Assembly: GCF_009914755.1 (NCBI RefSeq)
Contig: NC_060947.1
Origin: the human T2T-CHM13v2.0 reference genome, Homo sapiens
DNA length: 64,000 nt
Direction: 5' to 3' (one strand)
Of this stretch, positions 1-15,135 are shown piece after piece. The position numbers and the translations under genes were made by a program. The notes under the pieces are model-generated. The model saw only the letters and a list, made by a program, of their open reading frames with translations. It had not been told where the DNA came from and did not search any database. The stretch's first letter is position 1; each line of letters starts with the position of its first letter.

Positions 1-559
1 CTACTCACCTACTTTGGGCCCACATGGTGCTAGGCCTTTTAACATATTATTTTACTTAATTATCCCTAGAAGTTTGAGAAGAAGAAATTGTTATCATTAT
101 TTTAAAAGAGTAACTATACCTGAGAGTGTTTACATCATTTGCCCATAACCATACAAGTTTGAGGAAGCAGTAGCAGGATTTGAATTGAGATCTCTTTCCA
201 AAGCCACTCTTCCAAAGCAGTTTGTAAGTGTTAACTATCATTATCATAATCTATTGAACTGCCTTTCAGACCTGAGAACTAGTGTGAATTTGAGGGCATT
301 ATTATCCCAGACCCTCTCATGGAGTGATTAGCTCCTCAGTCCTGGCTTTCCAAAGCCACAAATCACCCATGGTCATTTGTGCAGGTTACCGCCTGAGACC
401 AAGGGTATGCCTGCCACACCTTTGGCAAGGCTGTTGAAGATTTAAAACTACCAATGCTTTTAAAAATCTACCACTAAAAATAAGTCAGCCGTTTGAGCTT
501 TTGGGGAGACAAGAGACTTGTTTGAGGTCACACAGCTACCAAGAAGCAGAGGCTGGACT

Positions 560-750
560 TACATCTGCCTAAAATATTACATATTTTTATTGTTTATTGA
601 TTTATTGTCTCCTTTATAAAATGTAAGCTCCATGAAAGCACATTGCTTTGTTCATATCTGTATCCTCAGCACCTAAAATAGTGCTTAGCACTCAATAAAT
701 ATATTTTTAATGACTGAATAACTAAATTAATGAATGAATGAGTGAATGAA
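560..750 (+). mobile_element. L2 3' end fragment
   Basis: tgtaagctccatgaaagca...cactcaataaat...tgaatgaatgaa is the L2 terminus. Confidence 0.7.
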
Positions 751-1952
751 GAGCAAGGCATAGCCCTGAGGACTCGCAATGTAAAATGTAAAGGAAGTCT
801 TGTTATGGAAAGTATTCTCTGCTACAGCCTGAGAATACCAATCTTCACCCTTCTCCCACCCCAAGGGCCTTCATTAGTAAGTACTCCTCCAAAAGGTACT
901 ATAAAGATTACAGTTTGAGAATTTCAAGATCTCTTTAGTTTTCTGTTCTCCGATGACATAGTTGCCACCCTAAACCACCACCCAGAAACTTTTCCCTCAA
1001 GAAAAACTGCCTATACCACCCTCCTGTGGCTAATGACTGAATAAATACCTGAGTAAATACCCAGGAAACAGCAGTTTCCTTCTGTTCCTTCACATGAATC
1101 TATTTTGGGCCTATTTCACATTTATTTTAGGCCTCTTTCAGTTCTATTTCAAGCAAGCTAGTAGGCCAGACCATCTGGCTCTACTCAGGGTAGAGAGAGA
1201 ACTGGTTGGAAAAGAGCAGCAAAGGTCTAAAAGCCCCTTTAGAGGAAGTACAATGGTTTTCTGTCAAGCTCAGGATCTTTCTGGGGTAGCTAAAGTCAAT
1301 CATGCATCAGTTCAAGACTGTGGTGGGGAGTGAACATTTCTCTCAGTATCAGAACCCAGTGTTTAGTTGTAGAGCCTAATCTCCTGGATAATTCCACTCC
1401 TGAGCCTCATAACTCATTCAGTCAGCTAAGCCCCTCTGACCTCCATGTCCAGGTGTATTTGTTTACAAGCTTTATTTGAACTGCAAGCCATTGGACATTC
1501 GGGACACAATCACTCATCATCAAATTAAGCATGGAGCTTTGCTTATAAGAGGTACTCAACAAGAATCACATAGATAAGCAGGTAGGTGGGCAGGTAGGTA
1601 GCCAGGATATGGTAATATGTTGAAATTGCAAAACAAGAAAGGAGGTAAGTATAGCTGGGGAGTTTGTAAGAGGCTAGATTATATGTCGGAGGGAGACTAA
1701 GGAATTCACTTTGAGGAGCTGTATTTTCTGTAGAAGGCCAAGATAGTCTAGCAATGAGACTCTAAGTGAAGATGTTAAGAAAGGGCTGGACATCCCCAAA
1801 TATTGGTAAAGAAGAGAAGAGTGCAGGACACATAAATAGATGGGGGCTTATAGAAATTCATGAGGGCCTAGCTAAGACTGCTGAAGCTCTCTGTGGACTG
1901 ATAGGGAGAGATTTTGAAGATATGCAATGTGGAAAAAGCAAGATGCAGAATA

Positions 1953-2460
1953 CTGTTGACCCTTGAACAACACAGGTTTGAACTGCACAGGTCCACTTAT
2001 ACCGGGACTTTTTTCAATAAAAGTTAATACCAAGTATACCTGCCTCTCCTGCCTCCCATTCTACCTCCTTAACTTCGTCTGCCTCTGCTATCCCTGAGAC
2101 ATCAAGACCAACCCCTCCTCTTCCTTCTCCTCTTAAGCCCACTCAATGTGAAAACACTGAGAATGAAGATCTTTGTGGTGATCTACTTCCACATAATGAA
2201 TAGTAAATATATTTTCACTTTCTTAGGATTTTATTAATAACATTTTATTTTCTCTAGCTACTTTATTGTAATAATACAGTATATAAAACATATACAAAAT
2301 ATGTGTCAATCAACTGTGTTTGTTATAGATAAGGCTTCCAGTCAACAGTAGGCTATTAGTAGTTAAGTTTTTAGGGAGTGAAAAGTTACACGTTGATTTT
2401 CAACTGCATGGAGGGTGGGATTTGGGGCCCCTAATCCCCATGTTGTTAAAGGGTCAAATT
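1953..2460. mobile_element. Tigger2a/MER28-type TcMar DNA transposon
   Basis: Terminal inverted repeats CTGTTGACCCTTGAACAACA ... TGTTGTTAAAGGGTCAAAT with TA flanks. Confidence 0.8.
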
Positions 2461-2789
2461 TAGTATTATGATGTGTGATCTTTTAGGTAAAGAAGAGGGG
2501 AAAAATATATTTGGATTTGCTTATATCTGCATAAAGAAACTCTGGAAGGATACATAGAAAGCCATTAAGTTTGTGATCTCTGATGGGTAGATAGAGAGAC
2601 AGACTGTACACATTTTTATAGTTTGATTTTTTAGCATATAAATATATTATGTATTAATATATTAAATTTTAAAATGTTAAATCCATTATGTGATCTTAAT
2701 AAGTTCTCTCTCTCTCTCTCTCTTTCCCCACCCCCTCCCTCCACCCCGTGCTTCAGTTTATCAAGCTAGGAAGATCCTAAGAGTTAGAA

Positions 2790-3260
2790 GTAGTATATAG
2801 CCTAATGGCTAAGAATACAGGCTCTAGAACCAGCCTACTGAGATCCAACCTTAGTTCTTCCAGTTGCTAGTTGTGAGAACTTGAACAACTTATTTAATGT
2901 CATCGAGCCTCACTTTACTCATCTTTAAATCAGGGAGAATGGTATAATGTCATGATACTCATGCTGCCCCTCATTTCGAGCAAACCCCTGACTCTCAGTC
3001 ACCTAGTTTCCTCATTTACAAAACAGGGGTAGGTTTTCATGAGGATTTAATGAGTGAAAAGCTGTAAAGTACTTAGAACAATGTCCAGCACATAGTAATG
3101 CTCAGTAAATGACAATAAATACTATTATTTGAGGGTGTGATTATATGTGCCTAGCTTTAGGCAAATCATAACCTCTCTGAGCCTCAGTTTCCTCATCTAT
3201 AAATAGAAGACATAATACCTGTCAAAGAGATGATGAGATCATGGATTTGAAAGTACTCTA
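2790..3260 (+). mobile_element. Cluster of MIR SINE fragments
   Basis: Repeated MIR core motifs (gcctcagtttcctcatct, gtaaagtacttagaaca). Confidence 0.7.
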
Positions 3261-3302
3261 TGGAATGAAAAATTCAGTTAGTATGTCAAAAATTGTCATA
3301 GT

Positions 3303-4269
3303 TCAACTTACAGAATGGAGGAACATTGTTGCAATGAATCCATCTGACAAAGGTCTAATATCCAGAATCTACAAGGAACTTAAACAAATTTACAAGGAAA
3401 AAACTAACAACCTCATTAAAAAGTGGGCAAAGGACATGAACAGACACTTCTCAAAAGAAGACATTCATGTGACCAACAAACATATGAAAAAAGCTCAACA
3501 ATACTGATCATTACAGAAATGCAAATCAAAACCACAATGACATACCATCTCATCGCCATTCTGACTGGCAATTATTAAAAAGTCAAGAAACAACAGATGC
3601 TAGCAAGGATGTGGAGAAAAAGGAATGCTTTTACACTGTTGGTGGGAATGTAAATTAGATCAACAAGTGTGGAAGACACTGTGGCAATTCCTCAAAGATA
3701 CAGAAGCAGAAATACCACTTAATGCAGCAATCCCATTACTGGGTATATACCCAAAGGAATATAAATCATTCTCTTATAAAGATATATGCACGTGTATGTT
3801 CACTGCAGCACTACTCACAATCACAAAGACATGGAATCAACCCAAATGCCCATCAATGATAGGCCGGATAAAGAAAATGTAGTACATATACACCATGAGA
3901 TACTATGCAGAATTAAGAAGGAATGAGATCATGTCCTTTGCAGGGACATGGATGGAGCTGGAAGCCATTATCCTCAGCAAACTAATGCAGAAGCAGAAAA
4001 CCAAACACTGCATGTTTTCCCTTATAAGTGGGAGCTGAATGATGAGAACACATGGTGGGGGAACAACACACACTGGGGCTTGTTGGTGGGGCTGGGGGAG
4101 GGAGAGGATCAGGGAGAATAGCTAATGGATGCTGGGCTTAATACCTGGGTGATGGGTTGATCTGTGCAACAAACCACCATGGCACATGTTTACCTATGTA
4201 ACAAAGCTGCACATCCTGCACGTGTACCCTGGAATTTAAAAGTTGAAGAAAAATAAAACAACACAAAAG
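3303..4269 (+). mobile_element. 5'-truncated primate L1 (older L1PA), ORF2 C-terminus plus 3'UTR
   Basis: ORFs 3241-3882 carry L1 ORF2p motifs ([20 protein letters not shown]); A-rich tail; TSD AATTGTCATAGT at 3291-3302/4270-4281. Confidence 0.92.
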
Positions 4270-6033
4270 AATTGTCATAGTAGAAAAAGGTGAGGTACTA
4301 AATGAAGATCTCACCTATTCAAGGCTCCCCCTTCCCACCCCCAGCATTCCAAATGAGATTGTATCACAGGGGCAAGTGGAAGTCTTTAAAGGCCATGAGT
4401 CATTTGTGTATTAAGTTTCAGGAAATGAGTCCCAGTTCCCACCTCCCAAAAGCAGAGTGGACAAAATGAGCTGCACATCAGTGGTTGCCAGTCTATCATG
4501 AGATGCCAAGTGTTTCCATGTAACTGTTCCTATTTCTAGGAGATGCTGGGGCTCAGTGCTGCCCCTGCTCCCCTCAGCTGCTTCTCAGAAAGGAAAGGAA
4601 GTAGCACCAGTTCCAAAGGCTCACTCTCACCACTCCACACATACACCCAGTTAACAAGGATAAAAAAAATTAAAAAAAAAAACCCTCGCTTAAGCAGGAG
4701 CACCAACTCTCTAGATCTTAGCAACCTTAGCAACCAGCCCTTACAATCTTATTTTATGACATAGAAAGTTGTTTCATAAGCATTATCTGATTTGTACCTC
4801 ACAAAAGCCCAAGGAGACTGGAAAGGGGTAGTGGTGGGGGTGGGGTGGTTCATCATTCCCATTTTCCAGAAGGGAAAGACTGTTTCTGAGGAAGCAAATG
4901 AGTTGCCACTGCTCTTACTGCTTCATGGAAGAGTGGAAAGAACAAAGGATTAACAGCCAGAAGACCCAGTTCCGGGAAAAGTGTTTTAGAATCTGTACAG
5001 TTCTACACATTTGGGATTTTTAAAAATTGTCATGCTAGAGTGAAGCCTAGAACCTGAGTTTCCCATCCTCCCGGCCAGAATTCTTGAAGCTTTACTATAC
5101 TGTTAATGGAGAAGGGAAGAGCAAATAAGGAACTAGAAAAAATTATCGCCCAAGAATAACTGCACCTTACATGTAAACGGAACTTCACAGCTTCCTAAAT
5201 ACTGGGCTTTTTATCACATATCAACCTCATGACAACCTTGTGAGGGAAATGCAGCAGGAAATAGGAACCTAAAATTTTAACCACCCACATACATATTTCT
5301 TATCCCTCTTCCCCGCTGTATTTTTTCTCCTTAGAATGTAAAACTACCATATTACATATTTAGTCATTTACTTAGCATATAACTTCCTTCTAGAATATAT
5401 GTTCCCTGAAGACAGAATTTTGGTCTGTTTTGTAAACCATCTGTTTTGTCTGTTTTGTACACACATCTAGTGCCTAAAACAGTGCCTGCTACATAACAGA
5501 TGCTCAATAGTACTGAATGACTGAATGAATGTGTGTGTATGCACACTGAGAGGAGGAAATGGAGGGAGGGAGAAAGGCCCCATTTGTGTGTGAATAAACT
5601 GATATCCAGAGGAGTTAGGTAATTTTTCTAGGAATGACTTCTGAAGTGTTTTGTTTCAGCCTGTTCCCCTCACCCTACTGCTTGGCTGGTTCAGTGGCAT
5701 CTTACCTGGGCCAAAAGAAATGTTTGCTACCAATGCCTCTGTCCTCTCTTAGGGCCAGCTCCAGGCTTGATGGCTACAGGTTGCCTGAGGTTCACGGTAA
5801 CAGAGTGCCTGTTATGTCTACAAAATGCATTCTGTCAGGCATCACTGCCTTTACATACCCCAATGTATGCACCTCACAAACACTCAAAGGACTTCTCTGA
5901 GTTTTCATCCTCTCTGGAATGTACAATGGTGAAAGAAGAAAGGGCAAAAGTCATTTGAGTCTTCTCAGCGTATGAACTGAGTGTCCCTCTCCTCCATGCC
6001 CTACCTGCATTTTCCTCACTAAAGAACTGTGCC

Positions 6034-6874
<841 letters not shown>

Positions 6875-7261
6875 AAGAATTGTGCCGACCTCATAAGATT
6901 GTTGAGAAGATTGTATTAGATACACATGCAAAAACATTTAGAACAGTGCCTGGCACAAAATAAACGCTGGCTTGGGAAAGGTAAGCTATCTTTCTTAAGA
7001 CATACTGTATTTATAACCTTATTCCTGGTACCCCTCACCTCTAGAATGAAGGAGGCTGGGCAGCGTTCACTCCTGGCAAGTGAGAAGAGTAATGACCAAA
7101 TAACTACTATGGTGTTACACACCTGGTTTTCATTCTGGCTCTGTTTGGAGATAGTTGCATGGAGAAGATATTCCCCCTCTTCCAGCCTTAGTTTCCCCAC
7201 CTTTAAAGTAGGGAGAGTGTTGTTGTGAGGATTACATGAATTCATGCATGTCAAGGCACTT

Positions 7262-10200
7262 TTTCTTTATTTCAGTAGCTTTTGGAGAACAAGTGGTTTT
7301 TGGTTACATGGATGAATTGTATAGTGGTGAAGTCAGATTTTAGTGCACCAGCCACCCAAGTATTGTACATTGTACCCAATATGTAGTTTTTTATTTTTTG
7401 TCCTCCAACCCTTCCCCTTCTGAGTCTCCAATATCAATTATACCACTTTGTATGCCTTTGTGTACCCATAGCTTGGTTCCCACTTATAAGTGAGAACATA
7501 CAGTATTTGATTTTCCATTCCTGAGTTACTTCACTTGTAATAAGAGCCTCTAGCTCCATCCAAGTTACTTCAAAAAACATTACTTAGTCCCTTTTTATGG
7601 CTGAGTAGTATTCCACGGTGTTTATATACCATATTTTCTTCATCCACTCATCAATTGTTGGGCACATAGGTTAATTCCATATCTTTGCAATTGTGAATTG
7701 TGCTGTGATAAACATATGTGTGTGGGTGTCTTTTTGATATAATGACTTCTTTCCCTCTGGGCAGATACCCAGTAGTGAGATAGCTGGATCAAATGGAAGA
7801 TCTACTTTTGGTTCTTTGAGAAATCTCTATACTGTTTTCCATAGAGGTTGTACTAATGTATACAATATTGTTTGACTCTGTGTCACCAGGCAAATTTTAC
7901 CTTTAATTGTAATAATTCCCACATGTTAAGGGAGGGGACAGGTGGAGGTAATTAAATCATGGGGCAGTCTCCCCCATATGGTTCTTGTAATAGTGAGTGA
8001 GTTCTCATGACAGCTGATGGTTTTATAAACATTTGGCATTTCCCCTGCTGGTACATTTTTTCTTTGCCTGCCACCATCCACTTAAAATGTAACTTGCTCC
8101 TCCTTGCCTTCCACCATACTTGTAAGACCTCCCCAGCCATGTGAAACTGTAAGTCCAATTAAAACTCTTTCTTTTGTAAATTGCCCAGTTTCAGGTATGT
8201 ATGTATCAGCAGTGTGAAAACAAACAAATACAGTAAATTGGTACCGGGAGTGGGGTGCTACTAAAAAAAAATCCCAAAAATGTGAAAGAAACTTTGGAAC
8301 TGGGTAACAGGCAGAGGTTGAAACAGTTTGAAGGGCTCAGAAGAAGACAGGAAAATGTGGGAAAGTTAAAAACTTCCTAAAAACTTGTTACACGGCTTTG
8401 CCCAAAATGCTAATAGCAATATGAACAATAAAGTCCAGCTGTGGTGGTCTCAGATAAACATAAGGATCTTGTTGGTAACTGAAGCAAAGGTAACTCTTGT
8501 TATGTTTTAGCAAAGAAACTGGCGGCATTTTGCCCCTGCCCTAGAAATTTGTGAAACTAAACTTAAAAAAAAAAATTTAGGGTATCAGGTGAAAAAAAAA
8601 TTCTAAGCAGCAAAGCATTCAAGATGTGACTTGGGTGCTACTAAAGACATTCAGTTTTATAATAAAAGCAAAGCATAAAAGTTTGAAAAATTTGCAGCCT
8701 AACAATGCAATGAAAAAAAAAAATCCCATTTTCTAAGGAAAAACTGAAGCAGGCTGCAGAAATTTGCGTAAGTAACAAGAAGTTAAATGTTAATCCCCAA
8801 GACAATGGGGAAAGTGTCTCCAGGGCATGTCAAAGGTCTTCATGGCAAGCCCTCCCATCATAGACATAGAGGTTTAGGAGGAAAAAATTGTTTCTTGGGC
8901 CGGGCCCAGGGTCCCTCTGCTGTATTCAATCTAGGGACTTGGTGCCCTGTGTCCCAGCCACTCCAGCCATAAATAAAAGGGGCCAAGGTACAGCTCAGGC
9001 TGTTGCTTCAGAGGGTGCAAGGCCCGAGCCTTGGCAGCTCCCATGTAGTGTTAAGCCTGCAGATGCACAAAAGTCAAAGATTAAGGTTTAGAAAACTCCA
9101 CCTAAATTTCAAAAAATGTATAAAAATGCCTGGATGCCCAGGCAAAAGTTTGCTGTGGGAGGGGGAGATGCATAAAAAACCTCTGCTAGGGCAGTGTGAA
9201 AGGAAAATGTGGGGTCGAGCCCCCACACTGAGTCCCTACTGGGCACCACCTAGTGGAGCTGTGAGAAGAGGGCCACTGTCCTCCAAACCCCAAAATGGTA
9301 AATCCACTAACAGCTTGCATCTTGTGCCTAAAAAAGCTGCAAACACTCAATGCCAACCCGTGAAGGCAGCCAGGAGGGAGGCTGTTCCCTGCAAAGCCAC
9401 AGGGGTGGAGCTGCCCAAAACCATAAAAACCCACCTCTTCCATCAATGTAACCTGAATGTAAAATATAAAGTCAAAGGAAATCATTTTAAAGCTTTAAAA
9501 TTTAACTGCCCACCTCTTACATCAGCGTAACTGGAATGTAAAGTATAAAGTCAAAGGAAATCATTTTAAAGATTTAAAATTTAATTGCTCCGCTGTATTT
9601 GAAACTTGCATGGGGCCTGGAGCCCCTTTGTTTTGGCCAATTTCTCCCATTTAAAATGGCTGTGTTTACCCAATACCTGTACCCCCACTGTATCTAGAAA
9701 GTAACTAGCTTGCTTTTAATTTTGCAGGCTCATAGGTGGAAGGAACCTGCTTTGCCTCAAATTTTAAAATGTAAACTTTTGGGTTAATGCTAAAATAAAT
9801 TAAGGCTTTGGGGGACTGTTGGAAAGGCAAAATTGGTTTTAAAATGTAAAAACATAAAATTTGGGAGGGACCAAGGGCGGAATAATATGGTTTAGCTCTG
9901 TGTCCCCACCCAAATCTCACCTAAAATTGTAATAATCCCTACTTGTTCAACGGTGGGGCCAGGTGGAGATAATTAAATCATGGGAGTGGTTTCCTCCTAC
10001 TACTCTCATAATAGTGAGTGAGTTCTCACAAGATCTGATGGTTTTATAAGTACCTGGCATTTCCTCTGGTGGTACATTCTCTTTGCCTGCTGCCATCCAC
10101 ATACAATGTAACTTGCTCCTCCTTGCCTTCTGCCATAATTGTGAGGCTTCCCCAGGCATGTGAAACTGTAAGTCCAATTAAACCTCTTTCTTTTGCAAAT

Positions 10201-10447
10201 TGCCCAGTCTCAGGTATATCTTTATCAGCAGCGTGAAAACAAACTAATACAGTACATTTCTACCAGCAGTATATAAGTGTTCCCTTTTCACCACATAAAC
10301 GCCAACATCTATTGTTTGTAGACTTTTTAATAATAGCTATTCTGGCTGAGTAAGGTTGTATCTCATTGTGGTTTTAGCTTGCATTTCCCTGGTCATTAGT
10401 CACACTGAGCATTTTTTCATATGTTTGTTGACCATTTGTATATCTTG
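7262..10447 (-). mobile_element. Truncated L1PB-type element, split by a THE1 provirus and itself inserted in a MIR
   Basis: Antisense L1 3'UTR/ORF2 end at 7262-7862, resuming at 10252; TSD-like tgtcaaggcacttt / tgtgaaggtacttt. Confidence 0.85.
7863..10251 (+). mobile_element. Full THE1/MST-type ERVL-MaLR provirus (5'LTR 7863-8232, internal region, 3'LTR 9883-10251), G-to-A hypermutated
   Basis: Two ~370-bp LTRs ending AATACA, THE1-int sequence, polypurine tract before the 3'LTR, 5-bp TSD GTATA/GTACA. Confidence 0.92.
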
Positions 10448-10666
10448 TGAAGGTACTTTGAAAATATGAAATACCAAATGAATGTGAAGGATTATTATTA
10501 CATTGAAATAGTAAAGGCTATCATTAATTGGGCCCTTGCTATATGAAAGACACTGTACCAAGTGCTTTAAATGAATATTATTCACTTAAATTCATATTAT
10601 TTCATGCTCAAAACAATAGTACCAATGACTGGATATTATCATTTTTCCAATTTCATAGGAAAGGCA

Positions 10667-11380
<714 letters not shown>

Positions 11381-11729
11381 ATATGGAAACTGAAGCTTAA
11401 ACAGGTGAAGTCACTTACTCAAAATTACACAGCTGGTCTGTGGCAGAGCCAGAAACCTAGGGGTCATCTTCCTTGTTACCTCTCTGTCTTATATGTCTCT
11501 GAATTAATTCACCAGCAAGTCCCATTGATTTTATTTCAAAAATGGATGTCGGTCTTCCTTCCTCTATCCAACTCCAATAGCTGCATGGATTTTTGCAGCA
11601 GCCACTCAATTGGGCTTACCATCTCCTATCCATTCTCTACAGGGCCTGCAAAAGTCCTTTTCTTGTATCACAAAGCAGACCCTATCATTCCACTCTTTCG
11701 AACACTTCCTATTGTGTTTAAAATAAATA

Positions 11730-11965
11730 ATGCTTGCCATGTGCCTAGTACTGCCATGCACACTGTGAGCATGTTAACTCACTTAATCCTCACAATAACA
11801 GTATGAATAGTGTCATTATTTTCCTCACTTTTCAGAGGGCATTACTGAGGCACAGAAAGATTAGGTAACATTCTCAAGGTCACATAGCTAAGAAGTGACA
11901 CAGTCAGAATTTGAACCCAGGGAGTATGGTTTCAGAGTCTGTGCTATTGACCACTGAACCACACT
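11730..11965 (-). mobile_element. MIR, flanked by L2 fragments
   Basis: ttaatcctcacaataac...actgaggcacaga...aaggtcacatagcta...tttgaacccagg. Confidence 0.75.
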
Positions 11966-12850
11966 AACTTTGAGTATAGCCAATGCATACTTTCCTAGGG
12001 CTTACAAGGTTCTCTGTGAGCTGGTCCCTGCCTTACTCTCTACCCTCTTATCATGCCACTTGTCCCCCTCTCTCACTGTGTCAGTAACACTAGCCTTCTT
12101 TCTGTCTCTCAAGTGTACCAAGTTGTTTCAACCTGAAGCCCTTTGCATATGCTATTCCTGCTGCCTCCCCTCAACTTCCCGTAAGCCTCACTGTCTCTTC
12201 CTTTTTTTAATTGTAATCCAAATGTGTCAGGATCTTTCCCCAAGTCTCTACACAACTGACTCAGCTGAAATGTCACTTCTCTGGTGTGCTAGGATGACCC
12301 TTTGACAGTATATGTCCTCATGGCAATAGGATCTCTTAGAGATAGCTAAATGCATTTCTCTCCTCCACTGTCTAGTTTCCATCATCTAGCAGCTTAACCA
12401 CTTACAGAACTAACCACATTCTAACACACATACACACAAACACAAAAAACAAAATCAGCATCATATGAAAACTTTAAAAGCAATGATATCTTAAGAAGAA
12501 GCTCCTCACATTATATCATAGGACTGTTTGGTGTTTTCTCAGTCTTTTCTCTAGCACAGAATCCAGGAAGCCTTGGGTTGGGGCAGGAGGGATTGTTCCT
12601 TGTGAATAAAATTCCTATTGGATTTCTTAGCACTCATAGAAGGAGAAGGTATGATCTTCTAAGGTATAAATTCAGGGAAGTGGGAAAGATCATACTCTGC
12701 CCACCCAAGTGTGTGTCTCCTCTGTCCTGTCAGGAATAATAATTACTCCCCACACAGATACAGAGTAGCGCAGTTCACACAACACTTTCCCATCTATACC
12801 TACTCAATCATCTGATTCTCACAGCAGACTGGGAAGACAAGCAAGGGCTA

Positions 12851-13319
12851 TGTGATAGTTAATTTTAATGTATCAACTTGACTGAGCCACAGGGTGCCCA
12901 GATATTTGATCAAACATTACTCTGGGTGTGTCTGTGAGGACTTTTCCAGATGCAATTAGCATTTGAATCAGTAGACAAAGTAAAGAAGATTGCCCTCCAC
13001 AATGTGGATGAGCCTCCATCCAATCAGTTGAAGATATGAATAGAACAAAAAGGCCAAGTAAAGGGGAATTCCTCCTGCCTGACTGCTTGAGCTGGGACAT
13101 TGTTTTTTTCTAGCCTTAAGACTTTGGACTGAAACATCAATTTTTCTTGTGTCTCAAGTCTGATGGCTTTCAGACTGGCATTCACACCATCAGTTCTTCT
13201 GGTTCTCAGGCCTTCATACTAGGGCTACACCTACACATTAACTCTCCTGGGACTTGAGCTTGCAGAATGCAGATCTTAGGACTTATCAGCCTCCATAATC
13301 ATGAGCAAATCCATTATAA

Positions 13320-13369
<50 letters not shown>

Positions 13370-13430
13370 CTTATCCACTCACCCATCCATTCTATTGGTT
13401 TTACTTCTCTAAAGAACCTTTACTAATACA
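12851..13430 (+). mobile_element. MLT2 solo LTR
   Basis: TGTGATAGTTAATTTT...caacttgactgagccacagggtgcccaga...ctaataca termini. Confidence 0.8.
13321..13369. repeat. (ATCT)n tetranucleotide microsatellite
   Basis: About 12 perfect ATCT units inside the MLT2 LTR. Confidence 0.95.
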
Positions 13431-13984
13431 AGGTATTACCCTCATTTAATTGATAAGGATCTGAAGTTCAGAGAGGTTTAGGATTCTGGCCAAGGACACA
13501 TTGTGACAGCTGCTGGTGGAGGCAGGACTCAAACCCAGGTCCATCTGACTTTTAATCATACGTTTTTCCCATGAAACTTCTACAACAGACATTCATTTCA
13601 GTCAGAGTATTTGAGATTGCCTATCATAATATCTGTGTAATTTGCCTCTGGTTGTCAAATGCAACCCCTCTCCTTTTCCAACCCACTCTGCCAGTGTCCT
13701 GTGTTGCCAAAGGAATCCTCCACTACTTTGTTTCATCATGTATCCTTTCTACCAAGCAAAGCTTCTGAGCTCTTGTTCTAGCCCCAGTACACATTGCCAG
13801 AATTACAGGCTCCAGCCACACCAGAACACTAATGTGCTATTTCCAGAACTTATTATTCCTTTAATGCCTTGATTCTTTATCTTATGTTGTACCCTCTGCT
13901 TGGAACAACTCATGCTTCACCTACCATGCCTACTCCCCATCCTATGCAACTGTGCTATGTGAAAGGCTGTAAAAATGCAGTTTA

Positions 13985-15135
13985 TATAAAAACCCTAGAA
14001 GATAACATAGAAAACACTATTCTGGACATAGGCCCTGGAAAAGATTTCATGACAAAGACACCAACAGCAATTGCAACAAAAACAAAAGTTAACATATGCA
14101 ACTAATCAAACTAAAGAGCTTCTGCACAGCAAAAGAAACAGAGTAAACAGACAACTTACAGAATGGGAGAAAATGTTTGAAAACTATGTATCCAACAAAG
14201 TTCTAATATCCAGAATCTACAAGGAACTTATACAAATCAATAAGCACACACACAAAAAAAATACAACCTCATTAAAAAATGAGCAAAGGACATGAATAGT
14301 CATTTCTCAAAAGAAGACATACATGTGGCCAAGAAGCATATGAAAAAATATTCAACATAATTAATCACTAGAGAAATGCAAATCAAAACCACAATGAGAT
14401 ACCATCTCACACCAGTCAGAATGCCTATTATTAAGAAGTCAAAAAATAACAAATGGCTGATGAGGTTGCAGAGAAAAGGCAACACTTATACACTGTTAGT
14501 GGGAATGTAAACTAGTTAAGCCACTGTGGAAAGCAGTTTGGAGATTTCTCAAAGAACTTAAAACAGAGATACCATTTCACCTAGCAATCCCATTACTGGG
14601 TATATAGCCAAAGGAATATAAATCATTCTACCATAAAGATATATGCACATGTATGTTCGTCACAGCACTATTCACAATAGCGAAGACATAAAATCAACCT
14701 AGATGCCCGTCACAGTGGATTGGATAAAGAAAATATGGTACATATACACCATGGAATACTACACAGCCATAAAAACGCGAGAACATGTCCTTTGCGGCAA
14801 CATGGATGGAGCTGGAGGTCATTATCCTAAGCGAATTAACACAGAAACAGAAAACCAAGTACTGCATGTTCTCACTTACAAGTGTGAGATAAACATTGAG
14901 TACACATGGACACAAAGAATGGAGCAACAGACACTGAGGCCTACTTGAGGGTGAAGGATGTGAGGAGGGTGAGGACTGAAAAAATACCTATTGAGTAATA
15001 TGCTTATTACCTAGGTGAAGAAATAATCTATACATCAAACCCCATGACACACAATTTGCCCATATAACAAACTGGCACACATACTCCTTGAACCTGAAAT
15101 AAAAATTAGAAGATAAAAATAAAAAATAAAATCAA
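13985..15135 (+). mobile_element. 5'-truncated L1 (L1PB/old L1PA) 3' end
   Basis: ORF2 C-terminal motifs ([29 protein letters not shown]), 3'UTR and A-rich tail. Confidence 0.9.

Noticed and set aside
8787-9530. ORFs up to 175 aa in THE1-int (and 17066-18137 in the sibling)
   Set aside because: Degenerate MaLR internal sequence; the Lys/Asn richness results from G>A editing.
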